Origin: an uncultured Alphaproteobacteria bacterium
Lineage (GTDB): Bacteria; Pseudomonadota; Alphaproteobacteria; Rhizobiales; Xanthobacteraceae
Direction: 5' to 3'
DNA: 64,000 bases
Assembly: GCA_963792715.1 (NCBI GenBank)
Contig: CAWBXE010000005.1
Location: 116,475 to 180,474, forward strand
Below, one piece after another: positions 21,768 to 32,407 of the stretch; the stretch's first letter is position 1; the number at the start of each line of letters is the position of its first letter. The translations under genes and the position numbers were made by a program. Under the pieces are notes generated by a model, which did no database searches, was not told the origin of the DNA, and was given only the letters and a program-made list of their open reading frames with translations.

Positions 21768-21792
21768 GGAACTATTTTTCCTGCCTCGCATT
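21768..21792 (+). promoter_or_regulatory. EcfG/SigT-type general stress promoter
   Basis: GGAAC-N16-CATT, 34 nt upstream of the PRC-barrel ATG. Confidence 0.6.
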
Positions 21793-21826
21793 GTCCGGCA
21801 CATAATCTCGTAATGGAGGAGACAAT

Positions 21827-22204
21827 ATGAAGAAAATTGCATTGATCTTCGCTTCGATAGCTGTGCTTGCCGGTCCTGCGCTCGCACAGTCCAAAATGAG
21901 CGAAGCCAAGTTCTCGACCGTCTCGAAGGATGAGATGTTCAGCTCGAAGCTCAAGGGCCTCAACGTCTACAATCAGAAGGATGAGTCGATCGGCGAGATC
22001 AGCGATCTCGCCATCAAGAACCACCAGCTCGACGCCCTGATCCTGTCGGTCGGCGGCTTTCTCGGTATCGGCGAACACTACGTCGCGGTATCGCCGGCTT
22101 CGGTCAACGTTCGCTATGACGACAAGAACAGCAAGTGGATGGCGACGATGAATACCACCAAGGATGCGCTGAAGGCCGCCCCGGAATTCAAATATCCGAA
22201 GTAG
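21827..22204 (+). CDS. secreted PRC-barrel domain protein
   Basis: GGAGG RBS, signal peptide, SKLKGLNVYN..ESIGEISDL, SVGGFLGIGEHYVAV. Confidence 0.9.
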   Translation: MKKIALIFASIAVLAGPALAQSKMSEAKFSTVSKDEMFSSKLKGLNVYNQKDESIGEISDLAIKNHQLDALILSVGGFLGIGEHYVAVSPASVNVRYDDKNSKWMATMNTTKDALKAAPEFKYPK

Positions 22205-22223
22205 TCTGCACATATCGTAAATA

Positions 22224-22257
22224 AAATGGCCGTCGGCAGGCATGCCGGCGGCCATTT
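22224..22257. terminator. bidirectional terminator between PRC-barrel gene and glnII
   Basis: AAATGGCCGTCGGCA-GGCA-TGCCGGCGGCCATTT. Confidence 0.75.
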
Positions 22258-22278
22258 CGTCGTCAGAGCAACTGGAAT

Positions 22279-23325
22279 TTAGGCCGCGGCTGAAATCTTC
22301 TTCGCGTCGGTCGGAACTTCAGCAACAGTCTTCAGTATCTGCGAAGCGATGGCGTAGGGGTCGCCCTGCGAGTTCGGGCGACGGTCTTCAAGATAGCCCT
22401 TGTAGGCATCCCCTTTGACAAAGGAGTGCGGCACGCGAACCGAGGCTCCGCGATCGGCGACACCGTAGCTGAACGCGTTCCAGGGCGCCGTCTCGTGCTT
22501 GCCGGTCAGGCGCTTGTCGTTGTCGGGACCGTAGACGGCGATGTGATCGTGCAGGTTCTTGTCAAAGGCCGCCATCAGTGCCTCGAAGTAGGCCTTGCCG
22601 CCCACCGTGCGCAGATGTTCCGTCGAGAAGTTGGCGTGCATGCCCGAGCCGTTCCAGTCGGTATCGCCGAGCGGCTTGCAGTGATATTCGATATCGATGC
22701 CGTAGGTCTCGGTCAGCCGCTGCAACAGGTAGCGAGCCATCCACATTTCGTCAGCGGCCTTTTTGGAGCCCTTGCCGAAGATCTGGAATTCCCACTGACC
22801 CTTGGCCACTTCGGCGTTGATGCCCTCGTGGTTGATGCCGGCGAACAGGCAGAGATCGAGATGCTTCTCGACGATCTCACGCGCAACCGCACCGACATTG
22901 CTGTAGCCGACACCGGTGTAATATGGGCCCTGCGGCGCCGGATAACCGCTGGACGGAAAACCGAGCGGTCGGCCGTCCTTGTACATGAAGTATTCCTGCT
23001 CGAAGCCGAACCAGGCGCCCTCGTCATCCAGAATGGTGGCGCGCTTGTTGGTCGCGTGCGGCGTGACGCCGTCCGGCATCATGACTTCGCACATCACCAG
23101 GACGCCGTTGGTGCGCGCACCATCCGGATAAACCGCGACCGGCTTGAGCACGCAGTCCGAGCTGCGGCCTTCCGCCTGCATCGTAGACGAACCGTCGAAG
23201 CCCCACAGCGGAAGCTGTTCAAGCGTCGGAAACTTGTCGAACTCCTTGATCTGCGTTTTTCCGCGCAGATTGGGGACGGGAGTGTAACCGTCGAGCCAGA
23301 TGTACTCGAGTTTGTATTTTGTCAT
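22279..23325 (-). CDS. glnII: glutamine synthetase II
   Basis: LEYIWLDG, WGFDGSST, GFEQEY, GINAEVAKGQWEFQ, DWNGSGMHANFS, GYLEDRRPNS. Confidence 0.96.
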   Translation of the reverse strand: MTKYKLEYIWLDGYTPVPNLRGKTQIKEFDKFPTLEQLPLWGFDGSSTMQAEGRSSDCVLKPVAVYPDGARTNGVLVMCEVMMPDGVTPHATNKRATILDDEGAWFGFEQEYFMYKDGRPLGFPSSGYPAPQGPYYTGVGYSNVGAVAREIVEKHLDLCLFAGINHEGINAEVAKGQWEFQIFGKGSKKAADEMWMARYLLQRLTETYGIDIEYHCKPLGDTDWNGSGMHANFSTEHLRTVGGKAYFEALMAAFDKNLHDHIAVYGPDNDKRLTGKHETAPWNAFSYGVADRGASVRVPHSFVKGDAYKGYLEDRRPNSQGDPYAIASQILKTVAEVPTDAKKISAAA

Positions 23326-23413
23326 TACCTATCTCTCATGAGCTGATGACGCGAAGGATTCATTCGTTGCTGCCGCTAACGGCACCCGGCCGCCAACCGC
23401 CTCAGCGTCCCGA

Positions 23414-23429
23414 AGCACCAAACATGCCA
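23414..23429 (-). promoter_or_regulatory. sigma54 promoter for glnII
   Basis: Minus strand TGGCAT-GTTTG-GTGCT with GG and GC correctly spaced; rhizobial glnII is known to be RpoN/NtrC dependent. Confidence 0.7.
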
Positions 23430-23522
23430 ATCCATGCAGCAATTCTTTGCGATGGGCAGACATTGAGCAGGGCCGCCGCGCCGCAGCATCGACGATGACA
23501 GCGCGAGATGCAAAATGGTCGA

Positions 23523-23539
23523 TGCTGATATTGTATGCA
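23523..23539. promoter_or_regulatory. candidate NtrC-binding site
   Basis: TGC-TGATATTGTAT-GCA (TGC-N11-GCA, AT-rich core) about 95 bp upstream of the glnII sigma54 site. Confidence 0.45.
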
Positions 23540-23647
23540 TTTGCTGGTTTTTTGGCAGGCAAACTGAGGAAAGTAACGGCAACAGGCCTATATTAGATCG
23601 ACACAACGACTCGCGCGTTGAGTGACGCGCGCAAACGGAGACGATCG

Positions 23648-23860
23648 ATGACGACGAATATTTTAGCTGGGTCGGCCCAGATTTTCCAATTCCCGCCGCG
23701 GGGCCGGTTCGCCCTGAACGCGCACGACGATAGCAGGACCGCGATTGTGTCGACGCAGGCCGTGCGGATCGTGGCAAGCGGCGGCTGGTATCACGATGCG
23801 GCGATTCAGGAAGCAGACTCGCGCAGCACGGACTGCGCGAGCGAACCGGCCGGGTGGTGA
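23648..23860 (+). CDS. DUF2735-like small protein
   Basis: SAQIFQFP..GR and GGWYHDAAI motifs; GGAG RBS. Confidence 0.7.
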   Translation: MTTNILAGSAQIFQFPPRGRFALNAHDDSRTAIVSTQAVRIVASGGWYHDAAIQEADSRSTDCASEPAGW

Positions 23861-23868
23861 CGCAAGTG

Positions 23869-24807
23869 TCAGACGCCGAAAATCGACCAGCCCATTCTTC
23901 TACTCAGCGCTTCCAGCGCCACGCGGCCTAGATGCGAGTTGCCATGGGCATCGAGGCCCGGCGACCATACCGCGATGGAAGCCCTACCCGGCGCGATTGC
24001 CAGAACCCCACCGCCTACACCGCTTTTCCCTGGCAGGCCGACGCGAAACGCGAATTCTCCGGAGCCATCATAGTGGCCGCAGGTCAGCATGACAGCGTTG
24101 ATCCGACGCGCGCGCTCGACCGAAACAACGGAGTGGCCGGTGGACGGATTGACGCCGGACCAAGCGAGGTACCGCCCCGCCATCGCAAGCTGGCGGCATG
24201 ACATCGCGATCGCGCAATGATGAAAGTATACGCCGAGTGCGAAGTTGACGGGATTGTCGAGCACCCCGAATGACTTCATGTAATTAGCCAGCGCGATGTT
24301 GCGAAATCCGGTGCGCTGCTCGGAGGCTGCGACGGCTTCATCGATAGCAATCTTATCATCGTCGGCCAGAAAACGCATGAAGCGCAGGATTTCGCCGATT
24401 GCCTCGCGTGGTTGATGTCCCGACAAAATCACGTCGGTAACGGCGATGGCGCCGGCATTGATGAAGGGGTTGCGCGGCTTGCCGCGTTCGTATTCTAGCT
24501 GAACGATGGAATTGAACGGACTGCCTGAGGGTTCGCGGCCGACGCGTTCCCATAGCTTGTCGCCGACAAGGCCAAGCGCCAGCGTCAGCGTAAAAACTTT
24601 TGAGATACTCTGGATCGAAAACGGCATCTCGCTGTCGCCCGCCGTTGCGACGTTTCCGGCGCCATCGATCACCACCATGCCGAAGCGCTTGTTGTGCACG
24701 CCCGCGAGTTCGGGAATGTAGCTCGCCACGTCGCCGCGGTCGGTGCGCTGCGCCATCTCGTCGGCAATTTCCTTGACGACAACATTCAGATCGGGCGCTT
24801 TTTTCAT
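23869..24807 (-). CDS. glsA: glutaminase
   Basis: [42 protein letters not shown]. Confidence 0.95.
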   Translation of the reverse strand: MKKAPDLNVVVKEIADEMAQRTDRGDVASYIPELAGVHNKRFGMVVIDGAGNVATAGDSEMPFSIQSISKVFTLTLALGLVGDKLWERVGREPSGSPFNSIVQLEYERGKPRNPFINAGAIAVTDVILSGHQPREAIGEILRFMRFLADDDKIAIDEAVAASEQRTGFRNIALANYMKSFGVLDNPVNFALGVYFHHCAIAMSCRQLAMAGRYLAWSGVNPSTGHSVVSVERARRINAVMLTCGHYDGSGEFAFRVGLPGKSGVGGGVLAIAPGRASIAVWSPGLDAHGNSHLGRVALEALSRRMGWSIFGV

Positions 24808-24823
24808 CTCGACTCGACCTTGG

Positions 24824-27800
24824 TTACATGTTTAGTGCCGCCTTGCGCTCCTCGGCGAGGTGCGCGAGCTGGCGCATGATTTCGGTGGTGCCCATCAGCC
24901 GCTCCTCCGGCGTTTCCCAGTCCTGGAAGAACACGACCTTCATATCGGGCCGCACCTTCGCCGCTTGGCCATGCTGCCGGATGAACGAGACCAGCCGGTC
25001 AGGCTGCGCAAAACTGTTGTCGCGGAAGCTGATGACAGCGCCCTTTGGACCGGCATCGACCTTCTCGACATTTGCGCGGCGGCAATAGCCCTTGATCGCC
25101 GCGATCTTGAACAGATAGCGCACCTCGTCCGGCAATACGCCAAAGCGGTCGCGCAGTTCGGCGGCGAAATTATCGATCTCGTCGTCGGTGTCGAGATCGG
25201 CGAGCCGCCGGTACAGCGACAGCCGCACCGAGAGGTCGGCCACGAAATCGTCGGGAATAAGCACGGGCATGCCGACAGTGATCTGCGGCGACCAGCGGTC
25301 GGCGACCGGCTCCTTGCCGCCCGCCTTGAGATTGAGGATCGCCTCCTCCAGCATCGATTGATAAAGCTCGAAGCCGACTTCCTTAATGTGACCTGACTGC
25401 TCCTCGCCAAGCAGATTTCCCGCGCCGCGGATATCGAGATCGTGCGAGGCGAGTTGGAATCCCGCGCCGAGCGTTTCCAGCGATTGCAGCACCTTCAGCC
25501 GCCGCTCCGCCTGCGCGGTGATCTTCGCCTGCGCCGGCAGCGTGAACAGCGCGTAGGCGCGCAGTTTCGAGCGCCCTACCCGGCCGCGCAATTGATATAG
25601 CTGCGCCAGCCCGAACATGTCGGCGCGATGCACGATCAGCGTATTGGCTGAAGGGATATCCAGACCGGACTCGATGATCGTGGTCGACAGCAGGATATCG
25701 TATTTGCCGTCGTAGAAGGCCGACATGATGTCTTCGATCACGGTCGGCGGCATCTGCCCGTGCGCGACGGCGACCTTCATCTCCGGCACATGCTTGTCGA
25801 GGAAATCCTTGACGCCTGCGAGATCCTCGATCCGCGGCACGACGTAGAAGGCCTGGCCGCCGCGATAGCGTTCGCGAAGCAGCGCTTCGCGGATCATCAG
25901 CGGATCGTGCGGCGCCACGAAGGTGCGGACCGCGAGGCGATCGACCGGCGGCGATGCGATGATCGACAGATCGCGCACGCCGGTCAGCGCCAGTTGCAGC
26001 GTGCGCGGTATCGGCGTCGCGCTCAGCGTCAGCACGTGGACCTCGGCACGCAATGCCTTTAGCCGCTCCTTGTGGCTGACGCCGAAATGCTGCTCCTCGT
26101 CGACGATCAGAAGTCCGAGGTCGCGAAACTTGATCGATTTTCCCAGCAGCGCGTGGGTGCCGACCACGATATCGACGCTGCCGTCGGCGAGGTTCTTCTT
26201 CACCTGCGTCAGTTCTTTCGCCGCGACCAGCCGTGAGGCCTGCGCCACGTTGACGGGGAAACCGCGAAACCGCTCGGTGAATGTCTTGGTGTGCTGGCGC
26301 GCCAAGCAGCGTGGTCGGCACCACCACGGCCACCTGCTTGCCCTCGAGCGCGACCGCGAAGGCCGCGCGCAGCGCAACTTCGGTTTTGCCGAAACCGACG
26401 TCACCGCAGATCAGCCGGTCCATCGGGCGACCGATCTCGAGGTCCTTCAAGGACGCGTTGATGGCGCCGAGCTGATCCTCGGTCTCGTCATAGGGAAAGC
26501 GCGCGCAGAACTCGTCATAGAGCTGCGGTTGCACCGGCATCTTCGGCGCTTCATGCATCAGGCGTTCGGCCGCGATCTTGATCAGCTCGCCGGCGATCTC
26601 GCGGATGCGGTTTTTCAGCTTGGCCTTGCGCGCCTGCCAGCCGCTGCCGCCCAGCTTATCCAACTCGACATTGGTCTGATCGGAACCATAGCGCGACAGC
26701 AGCTCGATATTCTCGACCGGGAGAAACAGTTTTGTGTCGGCGGCGTAGTGTAGCTCCAGGCAGTCATGCGGTGCGCCGGCGACGTCGAGCGTCTGCAGCC
26801 CGATGAAACGTCCAATGCCGTGCTCGACGTGCACGACGAGGTCGCCTGCTGCGAGGCTGGTCACCTCGGAAATGAAATTATCGAGCTTTCGGGCCTTGCG
26901 TGGCCGCACCAGCCGGTCGCCGAGAATATCCTGCTCGCTGATGACAGCGACATTTTCAGTCTCGAAACCGGATTCCATGCCGACGACGGCTAGCATCGCC
27001 TCGTTGCGTGGCGTCGCCTGCACCATGCGCCAGGAATTGACGCTGGTGAGGTTAAGCAGCTTGTGATCCCGAAGCATGCTGCCCATGCGGTCGCGCGAGC
27101 CTTCGCTCCACAGCGCGATCACCACCTTCTTGCGCTGCGCCTGCAGCGCCAGCACATGCGCGACCACCGCTTCGAAGACGTTGACCGAGGAGTATCAGCG
27201 CGTTCCGGCGTAAAGTTACGGCCCTGCCGTGCGCCGGCGTCGAATACGACGGCATCGCTGTTCGTCCGGTATCGCAAACGGCGTCAGCCGCGCCAGCGCG
27301 GCTTCGTCGAGACGATTAGTTCCACTCGTCTTCGGTGAGATACAGCCGGTCCGGCGGCAGTGGCTTGTACACCGCCCCGCCGCCGGGAATGTCCAGCGCT
27401 TCCTTGCGCGCGTCATAATAGTCGTTGATCTGCTTGAATCGTTCGCGCGCGGCGTCTTCGGCCTGCGGCTCGATCGCAACCGGCGCGCCGCCGAGATAGT
27501 CGAACAGCGTGTCCATCCGCTCTGGAAATAGCGGCAGCCAGTGCTCCATGCCGGGATGACGGCGGCCTTCGCTGACGGCCTCATACAGATGGATCATCGG
27601 GCGACGGCGCGCCGAACAGCGCGACATAGCCCATCCGGAAACGCCGGATGGTTTCGGTGACGAGCTGAAATTCCGAGATCGGCACTAGATCAAGTGCGCG
27701 CATGTCGAGAAGTGTGCGCTGGGTCTCGGCATCGAAAGTGCGGATCGACTCCAGCGAGTCGCCGAAGAAATCGAACCGCACCGGCTGATCCAAGCCAGCG

Positions 27801-28358
27801 GGAAACAGATCGAGGATGCCGCCGCGCACCGCGTATTCACCGGCTTCGCGCACGGTCGAGGACCTGTTGTAGCCGTTGTGCTCCAGCCAGGTGACGATCG
27901 AATCCATCGGCACCACATGTCCCGGCGCCACCGATAGCGCCTGCGCCGCGATAACGGCGCGAGCCGGGACACGCTGCACGATGGCGTTGACCGTGGTCAG
28001 CACGATCAGCGGTTTCGCGCTGCCCGCGAGGCGCGAAAGCCGCGCTAGCGTCGTCAGCCGCTGCGCCAATACACCCCCATGAGGCGAGACGCGGTCATAG
28101 GGTTGGCAATCCCAGGCCGGGAACTGCATCACCGACAAGTCAGGCGCGAAGAATTCCAGCGCCCGCGCCAATTGCTGCATGCGCGGGTCCGTCGCGGCAA
28201 ACGACCGCAAGACTAACGGCGGGCGGTTTTGGCCGCGCCGCCACCGCGCGCGCGAGGTCGGAAACAACAAGACCCTCCGCTCCCTCGGCGACATTGGCGA
28301 AAGTCAGCGCGCGGCCCGGAGCCAAAAGCTCCGCGGGAGATTTGACCGGCGATTTCAT
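24824..28358 (-). CDS. mfd: transcription-repair coupling factor (multiple frameshifts)
   Basis: [81 protein letters not shown]. Confidence 0.93.
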
Positions 28359-28642
28359 GCGTCGTGATCCGCCGGGAATGATTTGATGCGGTCGAAAAGC
28401 GGCGTGCGATATTCCGTTGCCAGCAAAGCATCACTGCTCAACGCCGCGTAGAGATCGGGATCGGGCAGCTCGATCAAATGCTCAAGCTGGGCCATATCGG
28501 CATCGCTGAGGTTAGCAATCTCTGCGTCAGCGAATCGGCCAAGAATTAAATCCATCTCGCGCGTGCCGCGATGCCAGCAGCGAAACAGCAGCCGCTTGCG
28601 GCGTTCGTCGAGGCCGTTGCTCGATCGTGTCGATCCCGTCAT
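28355..28642 (-). CDS. sdhE: succinate dehydrogenase assembly factor (SdhE/SDHAF2)
   Basis: RKRLLFRCWHRGTREMDLILG (RGxxE motif). Confidence 0.9.
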   Translation of the reverse strand: MTGSTRSSNGLDERRKRLLFRCWHRGTREMDLILGRFADAEIANLSDADMAQLEHLIELPDPDLYAALSSDALLATEYRTPLFDRIKSFPADHDA

Positions 28643-28691
28643 TGCACTTTCTTTTCGAACGCAGAAAGCCCGGACGTGCCGGGCGGGATTG

Positions 28692-28719
28692 ATATAGCCA
28701 TGAGGACGGTGGATGTCAG
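28692..28719 (-). promoter_or_regulatory. candidate sigma70 promoter for sdhE-mfd
   Basis: Minus strand CTGACA-N16-CTATAT. Confidence 0.4.
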
Positions 28720-28746
28720 CCCTTTCGAGGTTGAATTATTACCCGG

Positions 28747-28836
28747 GTCGTTGCCGGGCTTGCCCCAGCAATCCATCGTCTTCAAAAAATCCAGTCGCGA
28801 AGATCGATGGATACGCGGGTCAAGCCCGCGTATGAC
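28747..28836. repeat. rhizobial REP-like double-palindrome element
   Basis: GTCGTTGCCGGGCTTGCCCCAGCAATCCATC ... GATGGATACGCGGGTCAAGCCCGCGTATGAC; ends are imperfect inverted copies. Confidence 0.7.
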
Positions 28837-28867
28837 GAAAGTGCAATCGTCATTCGGCGGAAATCAA

Positions 28868-30967
28868 ATGCGCCCTGCCCTGCTCAATCCGTTGTTTGCA
28901 CCCGTCACCAGCCTTGCCGGCGTAGGGCCGAAGCAGGATAAGCTGTTCCGCTATCTGCTCGGCCGCGAAGAGACGCCGCGGCTGGTCGATTTGTTGCTGC
29001 ATCTGCCGGCCAGCGTGATCGACCGTCGCGCGCGGCCAAAAATTCGCGACGCGGTTCCCGGCACCATTGTCACGCTGGAAGTGACCGTCGACCGCCATCG
29101 TCCGACGCCGGGACGCAACGCGCGCGCGCCGCATCTCGTCCATGCCAGCGACGACACCGGCGATGTCGTGCTGACCTATTTTCGCGCGCAGCCGGGCTAC
29201 GTCGAGAAACTGTTGCCCGTCGGCGCCAAGCGCTACGTTTCCGGCACTATTCAAATGTTCGACGGCATCCCGCAGATCGTGCATCCCGACCGCGTGGTGG
29301 ACGAAGCGGGTTTCGCGCAACTCAGTGGTATCGACCCGGTGTATCCGCTGACCGAAGGGTTGGCGCTGGGCTCATTGCGCCGCGCGATGGCGCAGGCGCT
29401 GCAGAAATTGCCTGACTTGCCCGAGTGGATTAGCCCCGAAGTTCTCAACCGCAGTTACTTTCCGCCGATCGCCGAGGCGCTGAACCGCGTCCACATGCCC
29501 GTCGAGATGACGGACATTCTTCCCGAGGGACCGTTCTGGTCGCGGCTGGCGTTCGATGAATTACTCGCCGGCCAACTCGCGCTGGCGCTGGTGCGCGCGC
29601 AGTTGCGCCGTCCCGCCGGCGACCGCAACGCCGGCGACGGCCATCTGCGCAAAAAGATCATCGACGCGCTGCCTTACGCACTGACCGTTTCACAGCAGCA
29701 GGCCGCCGCCGCCGTATCGGAGGATCTGCGCCAGCCAGTGCGAATGCTGCGACTGCTGCAGGGCGATGTCGGCTCCGGCAAGACTGTGGTGGCGTTGCTC
29801 GCCGCCGCCGCCGTCGCCGAGGTCGGCAAGCAGGCCACGCTGATGGCGCCGACGGAAATTTTGGCGCGCCAGCATATCAAGACCATCACGCCGCTGGCGG
29901 AGCGTGCCGGTTTGCGCGTCGCAATTCTCACGGGGCGCGAGAAGGGAAAAGAACGCCGCGATACCCTGACGCGGCTGGGATCGGGCGAGATCGACTTGCT
30001 GGTCGGTACCCACGCGCTGATCCAGGACGATGTGCTGTTCAAGGCGCTGGCGCTGGCGGTGGTTGACGAGCAACACCGCTTCGGGGTGCGCGAGCGGCTT
30101 GCGCTGACTGACAAAGGCGACGCCGTCGATGTGCTTGTCTTAAGCGCGACGCCGATCCCGCGCACTCTGGTGCTGACGTACTTTGGCGACATGGACGTGT
30201 CCGAGCTGCGCGAAAAGCCTGCCGGACGTCAGCCGATCGACACCCGCGCGATACCGAAAAGCCGTCTCAACGACGTGATGGACGCCGTCGGCCGCGCGCT
30301 CGACAAAGGCAAGCTGGTGTACTGGGTCGTGCCCCTGGTGGAGGAATCCGAAACCCTTCGCGTCACCGACGCCGAGCAGCGCTTCGAAAGTCTTCGCGGG
30401 CGCTATGGCGACAAGGTGGGACTCGTCCACGGCAAGATGAAAGGTGCCGACAAGGATCACGCGATGGCGCGGTTTGCGTCAGGCGAAACTGGTCTGCTGG
30501 TCGCGACCACCGTCGTCGAGGTCGGCGTCGATGTCCCCGCTGCCACGATCATGGTGATCGAGAACGCCGAGCGGTTTGGGCTCGCGCAATTGCATCAACT
30601 GCGCGGACGCATCGGGCGCGGGTCCGAGGCGTCGACCTGTCTGCTGCTGTATCAAGAGCCGCTCAATGAGATGTCCACCGCCCGCCTGAAGGTGATCCGC
30701 GAAACCACCGACGGATTCCGCATCGCCGAGGAAGATTTGAAACTGCGCGGCGAGGGTGACGTGCTCGGCATCCGGCAGAGCGGGTTGCCGGGCTATCGCA
30801 TCGCGCGATCCGACGTGCATGCGCAGCTCATTACGCAAGCCCGCGACGAGGCACTGCGGATCATGAAAGAGAATCCAATGCTGACCGGCGAACGCGGCGA
30901 GGCGCTGCGCTGCCTGCTCTATCTGTTCGAGCGCGACGAGGCGGTGCCGCTGATCGGCGCGGGATAG
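28868..30967 (+). CDS. recG: ATP-dependent DNA helicase RecG
   Basis: [64 protein letters not shown]. Confidence 0.96.
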   Translation: MRPALLNPLFAPVTSLAGVGPKQDKLFRYLLGREETPRLVDLLLHLPASVIDRRARPKIRDAVPGTIVTLEVTVDRHRPTPGRNARAPHLVHASDDTGDVVLTYFRAQPGYVEKLLPVGAKRYVSGTIQMFDGIPQIVHPDRVVDEAGFAQLSGIDPVYPLTEGLALGSLRRAMAQALQKLPDLPEWISPEVLNRSYFPPIAEALNRVHMPVEMTDILPEGPFWSRLAFDELLAGQLALALVRAQLRRPAGDRNAGDGHLRKKIIDALPYALTVSQQQAAAAVSEDLRQPVRMLRLLQGDVGSGKTVVALLAAAAVAEVGKQATLMAPTEILARQHIKTITPLAERAGLRVAILTGREKGKERRDTLTRLGSGEIDLLVGTHALIQDDVLFKALALAVVDEQHRFGVRERLALTDKGDAVDVLVLSATPIPRTLVLTYFGDMDVSELREKPAGRQPIDTRAIPKSRLNDVMDAVGRALDKGKLVYWVVPLVEESETLRVTDAEQRFESLRGRYGDKVGLVHGKMKGADKDHAMARFASGETGLLVATTVVEVGVDVPAATIMVIENAERFGLAQLHQLRGRIGRGSEASTCLLLYQEPLNEMSTARLKVIRETTDGFRIAEEDLKLRGEGDVLGIRQSGLPGYRIARSDVHAQLITQARDEALRIMKENPMLTGERGEALRCLLYLFERDEAVPLIGAG

Positions 30968-30968
30968 C

Positions 30969-32138
30969 TCAGGACGCCAGCGCTTTCATCTGCGCATAAA
31001 GATCGGATTTTCCCTCAAAGCCGATACCCGGCAAATCCGGCATGGTGATGTGCCCGTTCTCGACCCGCACGCCATCCGGGAATCCGCCGTAGGGTTGAAA
31101 CAGGTCGGGATAGCTCTCGTTGCCGCCGAGACCGAGACCCGCGGCGATGTTGAGCGACATTTGATGCCCGCCATGCGGGATGCAGCGGCTTGGCGACCAG
31201 CCATGCGCTTCCAGCATCGCCAGCGTGCGCTGATATTCGCACAGCCCGTACGACAGCGCGCAATCGAATTGCAGCCAGTCGCGATCGGACCGCATCCCGC
31301 CATGGCGAATGAGATTGCGCGCGTCCTGATGACTGAAGAGATTTTCGCCGGTTGCCATCGGCCCGGGATAAACTTCCGCGAGCGCCGCCTGCAATTGATA
31401 ATCCAGGGGATCGCCGGCTTCTTCGTACCAGAACAGCGGGAAATCGCGCAGCATTCCGGCATAGCTGATCGCGGTCTCCAGATCGAAGCGGCCGTTGGCA
31501 TCGACGGCGAGCTTCGCCTGAGAGCCGATCTCCGCCAGCACCGCTTCGATGCGCCGTGCATCTTCCAGAATCGGCGCGCCGCCGATCTTCATCTTCACGA
31601 CGTTATAACCGCGATCGAGATAGCCGCGCATTTCGCCGCGCAATGCCGACAAATCCTTGCCGGGATAATAATAGCCGCCAGCGGCATAGACGAATACGCG
31701 CGGATTCGCCGTCTTGCCGTGGCGCTCTGCGAGCAGTCGGAACAGCGGCTTGCCGGCGATTTTCGCCAGTGCATCCCACACCGCCATGTCGATGGTTCCG
31801 ACGGCGACCGAACGTTCGCCGTGACCGCCCGGTTTCTCGTTCGACATCAGGGTCGTCCAGACCTTATCCGGATCGAGATTGTCGGCATTGTCATCGAGCA
31901 GCGTCTTTGGATCGGCCTCGAGCAGCCGCGGCGCGAAACGTTCGCGGATCAAGCCGCCCTGCCCGTAACGGCCGTTGGAATTGAAGCCATAGCCGACCAC
32001 GGTCTTGCCGTCACGTACCACATCGGTGACGACGGCCACGAGGCTGGTCGTCATTTTAGTGAAATCGATGTAGGCGTTGCGGATAGGCGATGAAATCGGT
32101 TTTGTGACTTCTCTGATGTCGACGATGCGAACGGACAT
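30969..32138 (-). CDS. tarD: D-tartrate dehydratase (mandelate racemase subgroup, enolase superfamily)
   Basis: ISSPIRNAYIDFTKMTTSLVAV, GYGFNSNGRYGQGG, NEKPGGHGERSVAV, KMKIG, DAN, PHGGH; closely resembles B. japonicum TarD as I recall it. Confidence 0.85.
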   Translation of the reverse strand: MSVRIVDIREVTKPISSPIRNAYIDFTKMTTSLVAVVTDVVRDGKTVVGYGFNSNGRYGQGGLIRERFAPRLLEADPKTLLDDNADNLDPDKVWTTLMSNEKPGGHGERSVAVGTIDMAVWDALAKIAGKPLFRLLAERHGKTANPRVFVYAAGGYYYPGKDLSALRGEMRGYLDRGYNVVKMKIGGAPILEDARRIEAVLAEIGSQAKLAVDANGRFDLETAISYAGMLRDFPLFWYEEAGDPLDYQLQAALAEVYPGPMATGENLFSHQDARNLIRHGGMRSDRDWLQFDCALSYGLCEYQRTLAMLEAHGWSPSRCIPHGGHQMSLNIAAGLGLGGNESYPDLFQPYGGFPDGVRVENGHITMPDLPGIGFEGKSDLYAQMKALAS

Positions 32139-32143
32139 CGCAC

Positions 32144-32407
32144 TCAAGCCTTATCGCGAAAATATGGCTCGACCGGACCGTGAACCTTGATCGTGAGCGG
32201 ATTGCCGTAGCGATCCTTGGCGGCGCCCGCCGTTACCCGCACCCATCCCTCGCTAACGCAATACTCTTCAACGTTGGTTTTCTCGACGCCCTTGAATCGA
32301 ATGCCGACATCGCGCGCAAGGACGTCGGCGTCGTAATGCGGGCTTTTCGGATCGGTCGACAGCCTGTCCGGGAGAACCTCGCTAATTATTTCGTTTTTCT
32401 CGCTCAT
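32144..32407 (-). CDS. DUF3297 family protein
   Basis: PDRLSTDPKSP, GIRFKG, VEEYCVSEGWVRV, DRYGNP. Confidence 0.8.
   Translation of the reverse strand: MSEKNEIISEVLPDRLSTDPKSPHYDADVLARDVGIRFKGVEKTNVEEYCVSEGWVRVTAGAAKDRYGNPLTIKVHGPVEPYFRDKA

Noticed and set aside
22426-23346. 306-aa ORF antisense to glnII
   Set aside because: Shadow frame from strong codon bias in a GC-rich gene; no domain-like content.
24824-28358. mfd as a pseudogene or programmed frameshift
   Set aside because: Several scattered indels like those in many neighbouring genes; all motifs are retained; assembly error is more likely.
28571-28867. 99-aa N-terminal extension of RecG
   Set aside because: Read-through of the sdhE antisense strand and a repeat element; the homologous start is MRPALLNPLF at 28868.
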